Assembly (NCBI RefSeq): GCF_021869535.1
Contig: NW_026262701.1
Coordinates: 58,590,001-58,654,000 of the forward strand
From: Mytilus californianus
Taxonomy: Eukaryota
Direction of reading: 5' to 3'
DNA: 64,000 nucleotides
Below, in pieces: positions 49,156 through 61,215 of the stretch (position 1 is its first letter; each line of letters opens with the position of its first letter). Below the pieces are notes generated by a model, which saw only the letters and a list, made by a program, of their open reading frames with translations, was not told the origin of the DNA and made no database searches. A program made the translations under genes and the position numbers.

Positions 49156-49158
<3 letters not shown>
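48626..49158 (-). mobile_element. About 530-bp hammerhead-bearing non-coding insertion in a (TA)n tract
   Basis: Bounded by TA repeats on both sides; 33-bp perfect inverted repeat at 49036-49068 / 49126-49158; hammerhead at 48849-48892. Confidence 0.75.
48849..48892 (-). ncRNA. Type I minimal hammerhead ribozyme, core intact
   Basis: ACAUCA CUGAAGA GACA-UUAAU-UGUC GAAA U-CCGG-A UA UGAUGU: 6-bp stem I, full core, 4-bp stem II, palindromic stem-loop III and an AUA cleavage triplet (cut between 48855 and 48854). Confidence 0.88.
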
Positions 49159-49194
<36 letters not shown>

Positions 49195-49700
49195 TAACTG
49201 TTTATCTAGTTATATGGATTTATAATTGTGTAGTTTGTAATAAAGCTGTGGCCAAATACTGCCAAACTTTGTTTCTGATCTTTGCGCATCAATAATAATA
49301 ATAGGTTAAGAGGATCCATTGTGTGTGTACTATACAAATATGCACAGATGTAGTGTTTCAATTTATTTGTCATACAAAATTGCATGGTAAAATTAGCAAT
49401 AAAAGGACTTGCGGTGACCTCTAGTTGTAAATTTCTATATCATTTAGTCTCTGGTTGTGAGTTGTTTCATTGGCAATCATACCACATCTTCTTATTTTTA
49501 TATATATATATCAGTTGCACTGCAAATATTGATGACTTGATGGTTAAGTTGCAAGCTGGCAAGTTAAACAGTCTGATTAGATGAGACATTTTGCAATTGG
49601 AGTAGAATTATGAATGAACTATGATAGGTGGTTCGAAACACTAATGTTAAAGTCACTGTAATAAACAATTTTGTGTTTAACTTGTAGTAAATTTAAGTAG

Positions 49701-49806
49701 TAGAGAATTGATAAGAAGTAGTGGATTCGTAAACGATAATCAACGAGCGACTTTAGTCGCAAGTTGATTATCGTTTCCGAATCCACTACTTCTTATCAAT
49801 TCTCTA
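49701..49806. repeat. 106-bp near-perfect palindrome
   Basis: tagagaattgataagaagtagtggattcg-t-aaacgataatcaac-ga-gcgact TT agtcgc-aa-gttgattatcgttt-c-cgaatccactacttcttatcaattctcta. Confidence 0.92.
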
Positions 49807-50585
49807 GCTTAACCCATTTCTAGTAAAACGACGACTGTCTGTTGTATGTTTTGACAATGAATCAACGGAATTTCATAAAAATAATTTCGTATTTTGTCTT
49901 TTTTATTTTATAATAGCTGGAAATGATTATATCCACACGGTTCACGTCTATATTTAAGTTGACATAAGTTTAATATAACTTAAATGGGTTGTTAGCTCCC
50001 CTTTTTATTACCAGATTTCATACTTGTATATTTATATTTCATTTAATGCTTTATCATTACAAAGTATTTAAATTATATAGATTTTGGTATTTATGATTTA
50101 TTCAAAAAGACATATATAAATATACAGAATTTATTTATCTTTTTTTGAATAGTTAAAAAATTGTAATTACCAAAATTTAGAAACTTTGAAATTTACATAT
50201 ATAGTATTTAGCAATCTGCTATTGTTGACAGCTGATTAAGGATTGTCTACAATTTAACCGTACTAAGTCAAATACATATATTTAGCGTAGTTGCCATAAT
50301 ACTACAATTTCATGATGCTCCAGTTAATGATGCTTTCCGAAATAAATAAAATCATTGCTTAAGGTCTTTTTTGAACAATTATACATGAATTTTGTTTAAA
50401 CTGTTTCCCTTTCATTAAGTTTAGATTATTTTTAACGTTATTACATTTGGCATCCGTCGTAAACCAGTCAATAAACTAGTTTTATCTGTGGTACGCATTC
50501 TGAATCTCCAGCAGAATTGCTCTTGCTACAGATGTACAATGTATAATTATGTAATTTTTTTACTTTTACATTCAAGCTGTTCATA

Positions 50586-50660
50586 GCCGTGATCGTCTAG
50601 TCGTTGGTACCGAAAAACATAACTGTGACATTAACAGTGCCAAGTTCAAACCTTATACCC
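50586..50660 (+). other. tRNA-His-like degenerate head
   Basis: gccgtgatcgtctagtcgtt matches the 5' end of tRNA-His; B-box-like aagttcaaacc at 50642; no cloverleaf. Confidence 0.45.
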
Positions 50661-51413
50661 GAATTGAAATTTTTTCATTGTAATTTTTTTCTCGACAAAA
50701 ATATTGTTTTAATCTTAGAGGTATTATATACTTCATTTTCATTTAAAGGCGATGATTTTGTTTCTGGTTTTACAATCAAAGAAGTAGTTTTACGGTCGTA
50801 GCTTATATATCACACTTTATTCAAATTAGAGTCCGTTCAATGTTGACGTGATGTATATTTGGACCATTTATAATCAAACAAAGAAAAAAATATTGATAGT
50901 ACGATATCAATATAAGACTAAAACCATAGGTAAGTATTTGCTATGATAAAAAGGAAAAGTCCTTGTACGTTAAAAGTGACAAGTGTAATGGACATATGAA
51001 TGTTTATTTTATCAAGGAATTGCACTAATATATACAATTCCTTGATTCTCTAGTGTTTAGAACTAGTGTGTAATAGCCACAATCGTATAAAGACCCATCG
51101 GTTCATTATAACGATGTTGAAAATCGACCAATGTTCAAACCTGACATCGTAAATAAACTCTGTTTTAAGATATTTCCATACTGCTATATAACTATAATCA
51201 AGAGCGTTCAAATGTAGAACATAATCTTCCTTAAAAAATAACGCCCAAAATAAAACAATTTAAATAAATTTGAAAAGAACATGAACAAATCCAGACATAG
51301 TATATATATTTTATTAGATAACAAAAGCGAATTATCTCTGAGACATACAGTTTATTGGCATGTATTGACAGTTGTGCGCTTGATGAGTGTTATTTAAATA
51401 TTGATTTATGTCA

Positions 51414-51506
51414 GCACTCGTGGTATAGTGGTATCATGCATAGACTGAAGACTCTACTGATTATGAAGAAAATACGCGCGAGTTCGAACCCTTCTTATGC
51501 CACTCG
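51414..51506 (+). other. tRNA-Gly-like degenerate head
   Basis: A box TGGTATAGTGG followed by tatcatgca; B box GAGTTCGAACCC at 51480; A-B spacing about 60 nt. Confidence 0.5.
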
Positions 51507-51759
51507 TTTTTGAGAGGATAAAAAATCGTACGTTAAAAGTTTAAAGTTATAAAATAAGTTATCTTAAGTTAACGAAGTGGTCAGTGGATTCTTGAAAAAT
51601 AATCTACTGTAAGAACAATAGACTGACGTCAGAGAAATGGGTTAAGTGGTGTATAAACAGTAATTGTTGTATTCATATAATTGGTTTTAGAAATAAATTG
51701 ACAATTTTCATATTAAATTGTTTTGAATATTGAATCATGTCGATAACTGAAATATTTAC

Positions 51760-51878
51760 CTAATAATATGCGGGACTCTGTAGTCATGACAGAGTCACTA
51801 ATAATTGTTGTTTTATCTGTTCCATTTAATTTACATCTGTCGATTGATCCAATTTCATTATCCATATAATAAATAAAG
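51760..51878 (-). CDS. YWTD repeat exon
   Basis: tttttag|C...G|gtaaat; NFIYYMDNEIGSIDRCKLNGTDKTTII...RILL; phase 2 to 1 fits both neighbours. Confidence 0.85.
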
Positions 51879-53845
51879 CTAAAAATTGGAAAATCGGGAA
51901 ACAATGAAATGATTTGCTAAATGTCATATACACCTTTTTCTCAATCAACATAGTTTTTGTTAGTTGATTGTAAAACATGATGATTTATTGCATGTTTGTA
52001 AACTGGAATGAAACTATGTACTTTTTCCGACGCGAAACAGAACTTAGGTAAGACTTTGCTACATTTTTCCACAGAAAGCAATTTGAGTTTTAAAAACATT
52101 CTTACCGGTGAACTTATAGTACGCATATAATTTCTAAAGAAGTCATGATGAAAAAATATTGATTTGGGAAAACTTCGAAACATAGAAGTATAGTAGTATT
52201 GTAAAGCATAATTACTGTAAAGTAGTTAAATTTCGCGTAGTTTAAAATTTGCGATTTCAGTCTTTGTAATATCAGTCTCCACTCTTCCACAATAAACATC
52301 AAAACATTGTAAAAAGCACCCTCTCCGAAGTATGAAATTTATCTTTCCTTCACTAAACATGAGAACGACAACCTACGAGAAAGCACCAGCAGCCGGGCTT
52401 AAATACCTATCCGTTCCACTCCAGGCTGTCCCAGATATTTATCAAGATGTTAATGGCTGCTCTGATCTTTTTCTGTGTTGGTTTAAGCACCTTTTCCGGT
52501 TAGGTCTGTATTTATAAATATTTTGTTTCGCGTTTGTGTGCTTTCTTATCATAATGTACTCCATATCTGCTTGTGTGAAGCTAAGGGAATGGAAATTATA
52601 AAATATTGACGTGAAGTATCGTTGATATCTCCCTATCTACTCCAAAATCAACCCATCAAAGATCTTACCAACTCAAAATATTGACAACTGGTACACAATT
52701 GTTCGAGCTTCATAAAAACTTTTTTAAAATTATTGCCGACCTGGTTTAAGATGGTTTTGACTAACTAAAAAGAATCGTACAAAAATAAAACAACTAACAA
52801 TATATATTCAATTATGATTTTACAACAATTAATGACTCGCGATTCATAACATGCCGAACGCCACTACAAAACACCTCACAAATGAGGAGATGATGAGCCA
52901 ATGAATTTTCGAATATACCGTTGAGATAGCGGCAGCAGAAATAGCTTACGATCTACAGTAAAATCTAAAGTATGCATGACAGGAGCACCCCCAAATCGTA
53001 ATGGAATGGCCTTCATCCCATCCTTGAGTAGTTTCAGCAGCACAAGCGGCAGCAACAAAACCCGAAAAACCTGAAAATATCTAGACGTGTATGACTGCAG
53101 TAGCAAAGATGATTATATTCCATTCTGAAGCAGCAGCAACAGTAATGCATAAGTCATTCAGCAGCAGATACAACAAAAATGTCCTGTCTCTAAAGAATTT
53201 TATATGACATTATTTCAGGTTGAGGACTTCGCAAAGGGATAACATAACGAATGTTCCTGCTGAATTCTCTTTAAAACCACCTCTTTACTTCTTGCATTTT
53301 ACCTTCATTATAATGGTCAAAAGCAAAATTTTCAGAAAATAAGATAGTTTGGTCTATAAACTACAAATGTCACATTGACTTCCAGAATTATAATGATACA
53401 TGTATGAGCAACATTACGGGTAAAACATGTGGAGTAGAATCTATCTGTTTTACCTTCCGGAGCACCTGAGATCACCCCTCGATTTTGTTTGAGTTTGTGT
53501 TTCTCAGTATTTAGTTTTTATGCTATGTTTCGTAGAATGATATGTATCTTCATTACTTTGGCAGTTCCTTCTCGACTGACCAATGTCATTAAATATCTTC
53601 TGCATCTTTATAATAGTACAAGTTTTGTTTAAAGAACTACAAATATATTTCGCTACCGAACCACGTGTTTGCAGGTAACCAATACAACTAATTTGGAAAT
53701 AATCACTGCAAACAGTGCGTACTAACTTAACTTTAACATTTTCATAAAGAGACAAAATTTAAGTTAATTCAAGTTAAAAGTTTCGTGTTAACAACTTGAA
53801 AGTGTAATGCAAAATGTGTTGCTAATTTAAAAATAATGTTCTTAC

Positions 53846-54073
53846 TTATTTTTAACATCTAAAGCAATATGTCCTATTTTAGCGCTGCTGTTTATTATAA
53901 CCAATTCATTTGACCCATCAAGCTCTGAGCGGAAGACTGCATTATAGTCACGATCGGACCAGTAAATGTGATCATTGTCGGAGTCTATAGCAACGCTATG
54001 TGCATGGTAATTTGGCGATTTTGGAATAATAACTTCAATCTTCCTTTCATTATCGTAGCATGGATAGCAAGTT
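53846..54073 (-). CDS. YWTD repeat exon (most 5' exon confidently placed)
   Basis: tttgcag|A...AA|gtaag; SVAIDSDNDHIYWSDRDYNAVFRSELDGSN...IALDVKN. Confidence 0.88.
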
Positions 54074-54844
54074 CTGCAAATAAGATCAATACACATGTTA
54101 TTATTACAACTTTAGTGATATAACATTTTTCCTGTAGATGATACAGGAACTGATTAGTCATTTTGCAAAACATTTTATGTATTTGCATAATGTTGCATTT
54201 TCTAACTACAAAAGACACCACAGCATCTTGTTTCTTAATTTTTTCAAATTGTTGTCTTGCCTGAAATTCTACGTCGGTCCCTAAGTCAGTTAGTTACGAG
54301 GGTTCATTTTGTACTTAACAATATGTTACTGTTATTTTATTTTGAAAGACAATAAAACCTACAAAACAACAGAATTGGTGCATTTAAAATCAATTACCAG
54401 AATGTAACTTATCGATTAGCATTAATTGTTTACCTGTGTATAGTACCATAATAAGAATCTACCCAATAGATATAGGATTTTTCATGATGATAATCTAATT
54501 CAGGTCTGTACATGCCACCCTGCGTGTCAACTACAAGCTTTGTTACTGAGCTGTCATTCAAATTTATCAAATATATTCTGTTCGAGTCTGCAACTAGTAA
54601 ATTTGGACCTGAAAAATATTGTATATATTATTGCTCTTAGAACTTAGACAAATAAACCTAAATTGATATAATGATTTTTTCCAAATATCGAAAACCAGTG
54701 CCATTGTATTACCACTTATAAGAGGGTTTTCTTTATTAAAAGTTTCTAAATTTGAAATAGTATTTTATCCTATCACTAAAAATATTAATTGAGTGCTTTT
54801 TTCGTGTAAAAGACTTGGTTCTCTGTTTTGAACAGTATAAAATT

Positions 54845-55910
54845 AAAATAGAGAATGGAAATGGGGAATATGTCAAAGAGACAACAACCCGACCAAAGAG
54901 CAGAAAACAGCGGAGTCCACCAATGGGTCTTCAACACAACAAGAAAATCCCGCACCCGGAGGCGGGCTTCAACTGGCCCCTAAATAAAAATGTGTACTTG
55001 TTCAGTGAAAATGAACGTCATACTAAACTCCAAAACATATAAATGAACAAAATTTAAAAAAAAACAAACAAGACTAACAAAGGCCAGAGGCTCCTGACTT
55101 GGGGCAGGCGCAAAAATGCAGCGGGTTAAACATGTTTTGTGAGATCTCAACCCTCCCCTATACGTTTAGCCAATATAGAATAAACAAACACACAGCAAAA
55201 CGCACAGTAAAACTCAGTTTAAAAGAAGTTCGAGTCCGATGTCAGAATAGGTGTTAAAAGAAACTAGACAAAATGACAATGATACATAAATTAACAAAGG
55301 ACTACTAGCAGTTACTGACATACAAGCTCCAGACCTCAATTCAACTGATTGAAAGATTATGTCTTCATCATCGATCATATGAAAATCAAGCACAATCCCT
55401 CCCGTTAGCGGTTTAGTATCATACCATCATAAAATATATGAGAAGAACATAACCCGTATCATGCCAATAACTGGTTTTAGAACAAATGTGTTTATTTCCG
55501 ATGCAAAGACCCTATGAGTGAATCAATATTAATACCAAAATATACCTTCTGAATAAGTCTGTTTACAGGTTTGATTAGCTTTGGGGTGAATGCCGACATT
55601 TTTGTGCTTTGTAAAGAATATTACCATAAAAGATTGGATGTAAAATACCTGAACGTTTAAGATGTCTGCATGTTGATTTATATTTATGAATAATGTCCTT
55701 GTACCGGTGATAAAATTAAGTAAATGTTTTGACAAGTTTGTGATATCGAAAACCCTGGTGAAATAATTTTTCAGTAATACAGAGATTTCTTTCATTAAAA
55801 TCAAATACGTTGTTACATACACGAGCGAATCGAACAAGTTGAGATATATAAACACCATACGATGGTGACAAGGGAACGTCACCATCTAAAAATGGATAAT
55901 TAACAATAGG
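54845..55910 (-). mobile_element. Penelope-like family B copy: RT C-terminus, then 3' region with twister-like core (55082-55170)
   Basis: RT C-terminal sequence homologous to 10140-11048. Continuous through cagttactgaca and the core to the aaaatagagaatggaaatgggg terminus. Confidence 0.85.
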
Positions 55911-57486
55911 ACATGAACAATCATAAATTTTGGTATTAAATTTCCCGTTGAAGATATAGACATCAAGATCCAGGAAAGGACAGTGTTCATTGTTGGTGTT
56001 AGCTTCATTTAAAGTAATTTGTATCTACCCCCTCAAGTATTTTCAGGGATAGAACACTATTTGATAACACATAAATCGCTCTCGGGTCTGTAAACGTCAA
56101 TAAAAATATCATGGTAACAATTCATAATACATGTTCATGTATTTGAAATACAAATCCTTCTGCAAACATTTGCTCAATTTGTTTTTGTTTTTAAATATAA
56201 GACGTTTTGTGCAAAGCTGTAAGTAAGCGACAATATTTGCTTGACATATTTAACATCATGAAAAGCACAACTGAGTTTTATTGGTCAATATGTAAGCAAT
56301 AACATGTGTCTTCGCCTCTAATATAATTTACAAATCATATATAGCCACACCTTACTCTTTAGATTAATTATGTAATCAAACAAAGCTACGCTTTTCGTGC
56401 AGTATACAATTACGTTCATTCGTAAAAGGCGTTCTTTAAATATAACTTGTACATCAGAATTATGCATTTAATCTTTTATATATTAATATTTTTAAAATCA
56501 TAAAATTTATAAATTTTAATAAAATAAACAAAACAACAATAAGGAAGTATAGAAATAACGTAAGACATCCCAGTATACTTAATACTTATCCTAATGTTAT
56601 GGTTTTTAAATGATGATTATCGTCATTGAATAAATAAAACTTATTCAGGTATAACATAAGTGTATTGATTGTATATTGTGATTACTTATACAGGAGGCAA
56701 ATAGATTTTGCTTTAAATTAAAAGAATTTTAAAATCACGTTTGTAAAAGATATCTTTTTCTATTTTTTGTTTTTACATCCTACATCTCCTTTCATTTATA
56801 CTTATAATTGTGATCACTGTTCTTATTACCATTACGGTTGATACGTAGATGAATCCGTCTATTGACTTCACCAATACCGCGTTATTCATAATTATTCACA
56901 CTGGTTTGCCCTTTACATGCGGGGCAGTGATGAACACAGAGTTTATATTGATAAGGAAAACACATACGGCAATTTGATCAAAATGTGCCTTTTCAACCGT
57001 GTATCCAACATGTTAAGTTTTTAATGCGCTGTAAATTTATAGAAGTCTTGTGTTGATAAATGTCTTTCCACAACTATTTTATTCACCTGAGCTTATCAGA
57101 GTGCGATGTACAATAACCAATTACAAACTGGACGAACAACTATTTTCTGGCAAAACTGTCTTTTACCCAGGGCAACAGGTACATGTAAGGTTAAAGGTAA
57201 ATAACACAAAGATTCAGAAGCCAGTTTATAAATGATTTGATAGCCAGCTAATATTAAAATCACTGAAATTCAATCCGTTGAATACATGCAATTCGCTGTC
57301 AAAGTAAATCACGTTAACATTATTATCAAAGATTTCCTTCTCGCCAGTCGGTCCAATCCAATCAACTCTCCAATTTCAGAAGACAATTATGTTAGAAAAA
57401 TTTAAACAAAAAACTTGTGTACTTATGCTCCTTATTTAGACCCAAACGAAAGCGGATGCTACATTTGTACATCAAGTTTGGCATTT

Positions 57487-57876
57487 TTAGGATGTACTTA
57501 GGGGAAATTTAAAAAAATTAGAATTTACATTTACAAGTCAGAAGAGCATTCGTTAAGGAACAAGATTAAACTAAAAATATTGATAGGTTATGAAGCTCCT
57601 TTTCGAGATATTTAATTTCCAAAAACTGGCGGGAAAAGGCTCACTTGGACTTTTACCTTATATTTGCAATGGTTTTATTTTGGTTTTAAATCAAAAGATA
57701 AGAAACCTTGAATCTGCATAAATTTTGATAAATTAACTTTTTTAAGCTATTAAAGTCTTATATGATATGACTTTAATGGCTGTTATGGGGCAAAATATTT
57801 TACCATGTATCGTAGAAAAAAGACCAAGGAGTCCGAACATCTGAAAAAAATTCCTAAACCTGACCTAAGTGCGTAA
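57487..57876. mobile_element. Possible Kolobok-like MITE remnant
   Basis: ttaggatgtacttaggg is loosely inverted against cctgacctaagtgcgta. Confidence 0.35.
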
Positions 57877-58033
57877 TGCATGCTTTGCTGGTCGTACAAT
57901 TGTAAGGTTATTTCCAGTAGTAAGTGTCAAAGAAAATAATTAACATTACTGTAAACATGAATATATGGCCGAGTGAATAATTCTCGTTCTCAATTAACAA
58001 GAATAACAAGAATTTGCTAGCTGACTGGAACTC

Positions 58034-58582
58034 CATCTTCGCTAGCCAAGGGTTACGATCCACTTCCCTCCTCTCCACCCTTGGCGGATTGAGATAGAAT
58101 TTCGGAGACACAAGGTAATGCTTTTCATTGGTTGCAGTCGTAACTGGCTGCATCTAATCAAAAAGCGCCTATAACATGATCACGTGTAAATATGGGAAAT
58201 GTAGGTAAACAATTACCACGTGCTGATTGTGCAACAAGTCTTTACATCCCAAAACATACGATGATATTTAGTGACAATTTAAATGTTTTTAATCATCTAA
58301 TAGAATATTCTGTTATGTTTCTTGCACAAATGTATGAATGTCAACGTATATTTTCGTTTCCGACTTCACCAAGTTTGTAGACTCTAGACGCTACCGTGTT
58401 TTCACTTCCAAACTGAAGAGTTTAAGTGCTACCATTGGTCAAGAATAATGTATTCGAAATTCGAAATGGGCGTGACTTTAATCTACCGAAAGATGGCGCA
58501 ACATTGTTCTCACAAATGTTGGCTTAATCTGCCAAGGGTGGAGAGGAGGGAAATGGATCGTAACCTTTGATTAGCGAAGATG
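58034..58582. mobile_element. MITE with about 60-bp TIRs and perfect 9-bp TSD (Mutator-like)
   Basis: catcttcgctagccaagggttacgatccacttccctcctctccacccttggc and its inverse; CTGGAACTC at 58025-58033 and 58583-58591. Confidence 0.88.
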
Positions 58583-59196
58583 CTGGAACTCAATTTGATA
58601 TTTACCAGGCGTCCGTCTGTATGTGTATATCATAAGGATATCTTATATTAAGTTCTCAATATCAGTAAGAAAATAACTGATAAGAAGGATAAGAAAAACC
58701 AATTATACAAACATTAATGACGGTATGATTGGTTTAACGCCGTGTTTATCCGTGGGGGGTGGGGGTCAGTAGCAAATATATATATATATATATATTTTAT
58801 AGTATACTACATGTAGTGCATCCAGAAGAGAAAACTAGTTTTAACAACTTCCTCGTGCACTTTACCATGTCGAAGGAAGCTGTCATGTTGAAGAGCATAC
58901 AATTTCCAGATGCTTCATATTGTGAAGACATTGTCCTCAATAAGAGTCGGAAAAAATCAATAAAATAAAAAATCAATATACCAGATAGTCCAAAATCGTT
59001 TACTTTTGTTCATCATTTGCATTACGGCATTACCCTTTTGATGGAGATTGTCATGTTCTAAAGTATACGCTTTTCCGCAAATGTGTATATCTGATTATCA
59101 AAAAGTATCGTGAATATAATAAGGGGTTCGTCCTCTTTCACACGTAATATATTATCGTCAAAAACCAAATTCCTTGATGGAACTGTACGGAAGCCG

Positions 59197-60115
59197 CGGT
59201 TAGTGTCAGGTTGTACTTTTATTTTTAAGTCGTTCTAACAACTTAGATAACTCTCTATAACGACTTATCTAACTCGTTATAACGACTTAGCTTATCTTAC
59301 TCGTTATAACGACTTAGCTTATCTTACTCGTTATAACGACTTAGTAACTCGTTATAACAACTTAACTTGGTTAACAATTATAGGTCGAAGTACGGCCTTC
59401 AACACGGACCCTTGGCTTACACTGAACAAAAGGCTATAGAGGGCCCAAAAATGACTAGTGTAAAACAATTAAAACAGGAAAATCAATGGGCTAATCTATA
59501 TAAAAAACGAGAAACACCTTTGAACCACACCAACAAAAGACAATCACGGAACAACAGGCTCCCGACTTTGACAGGTGCATAAAAATGCAGCGGGTTTAAA
59601 GGTTTTAACAGGCACCAACCTTCACCCTAACCTGAGACAGTAGTGTAACATTACAAAATAAAAAGGACACACTTCATTTCTAATTAATGAGCACTTAGTC
59701 GAAATTTAGAAAACTATAAATAAAAATATAATCGAAAATAAATCACGACCAAGATATTAGGGGGTTTGTTAAGTCCTGAAATTAGGAAAGTAGCTAAGTC
59801 GTTATAAAAAGTAAGCTAAGTAATATGGTATTTGAAAATTATTATTTTTGGTACTCTGATAGCTAGGTCATTATAACGAGTTAGCTAAGTTGTTATAACG
59901 TGTTAAAAAGTCGGTATAACGAGTTAGATAAGCTAAGTCGTTATAACAAGTTAGCTAAGTCGTTATAACAAGTTACCCAAGTCGGTTTAACAAGTCATCT
60001 AAGTCGTTATAACAAGTTATAGCTAAGTCGTTATAACATGTTAGCAAAGTCGTTATAACAAGTTAGCTAAGTTGTAATTGAGTTTTAAAAAAAAACTTCA
60101 ACCTGATACTAACCG
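59197..60115. mobile_element. Foldback-type element with short TIRs and inverted subterminal tandem arrays; family A' inserted
   Basis: cggttagtgtcaggttg / caacctgatactaaccg; arrays of 20-25-bp units built on tcgttataacga at 59235-59365 and 59790-60075. Confidence 0.8.
59385..59655 (-). mobile_element. Family A' copy; twister-like core at 59555..59634
   Basis: Minus strand: CAGGUU A GGGU GAAGG ... UAA ACCC GC ... CCUG UCAAAGU CGGG AGCCUG. Confidence 0.75.
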
Positions 60116-60844
60116 ATTTTCTTAGAATTGGAAGGGTCAAGCGTAATTTATGAATGAACAAAGTTTTGTGTAAGAGATAACAACTAAAAAACATGGGCAT
60201 GCTTTCTTCGTCAACAATTTAAAACAGTATTTATGGAACCATTTGTGCACTGATCGTGTTTGAGGCTAATAAACTTGCATCTCGTGTCTTCTCTTGTCTT
60301 GAATAAATAAAAAAATGAAAAACTGAGGATGTATACAAAACATACAATTGCAATGTAAATAAATTAATATTCTAGATGAAAGAATATTTTTATCTTTAGT
60401 TACATGTCAGAATTAAATTATGATTTAACAAAACATAAAGATATATAATATTAGCATAACTATCTTTCTCAAACTTCTAATTTTGTACATAAGAAATTAT
60501 GCATTTCTTTTTTAATTGTTTCGGAATAGTACTCGTAGAATAGTGCATTTTTTAAGTTATTATCATTTTGTTTACATTCCTAGATACATTTAGATAAAAT
60601 AAACAAAACAACTTACATCAGGAAGTACAGTTCAGGGGCGTAGCACTGTAACAGTTATTGGTACGGTGGAATCATATGCGCACAAACCTTCCACAAAGAA
60701 CTGATATTTGTGTCTTGGAAAACTGCTTTCACTATAGCTTTCAATAACTGAGAGTTCTCTAATATCGGAACTTTGTGTATTTTGTCTTTTAGTTATTTTT
60801 TTTTTTTGTAATTCGTGTCGATTTGATAAGTCAAGACTTTCCAA

Positions 60845-61215
60845 ATGAATTTCAAAGTTTGTTCTTATGTTGTGCTGTCACATTTACACTACTGTCCTAG
60901 GTAAGGGGAGGGTTGAGCGCACGCAAACATGTTTAACCCCACCACATTCTACATGTGCTATATGTCCACTAATCAGGCGCAGTAATTCAGCGAATGTGAT
61001 AGTTAAAGTCAGTCATATTTGTTTTTCGTTTATTGTTTTATCAAAATGATGTCGTTGGTTTCAACGTTTAAATCTTGTCATGTCGGAACCTTTTATAACT
61101 AACAATACGGCATGGCTGTTGAGGGCACAGCGCTAACTTTTAGTTGCTTAAATCCACGCATTTCGCCTCAGTTGGATAGTTGTCTCATTGGGAGTAATAT
61201 ATAACATCTGTTTAT
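60845..61215 (+). mobile_element. Family A copy, degenerate
   Basis: ggggagggttgagcgcac..acatgtttaacccc..cacatt; ends agttgtctcattgg. Confidence 0.75.

Larger units (their letters stand above)
47690..49297 (+). repeat. About 260-bp direct repeat containing (TA)n; second copy split by an insertion
   Basis: Copy 1 at 47690-47947; copy 2 at 48507-48625 plus 49158-49297. Confidence 0.85.
18877..54073 (-). pseudogene. Multi-exon VWDE/LRP-like single-pass membrane protein locus (YWTD repeats-D8C-VWD-EGF-TM); intact 5' half, lesioned VWD-EGF half
   Basis: About 20 exons with AG/GT boundaries whose phases chain consistently (listed separately). In-frame stops occur at 35477, 33065, 31685 and 29055. 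The true 5' start was not established. Confidence 0.8.

Noticed and set aside
47690-49297. LTR retrotransposon/TRIM interpretation of the 260-bp direct repeats
   Set aside because: No PBS (TGG..), no polypurine tract and no TSD found.
54183-54257. Possible signal-peptide exon MLWCLL*LENATLC (ATG at 54226, minus strand)
   Set aside because: It needs both a stop reversion (TAG at 54206-54208) and a donor reversion, which is too speculative. If real, it would make the whole locus a pseudogene.
59235-60075. CRISPR-like array of short palindromic repeats
   Set aside because: Units are contiguous with no unique spacers, lie in inverted arrays inside a TIR element, and there are no cas genes. The context is eukaryotic.
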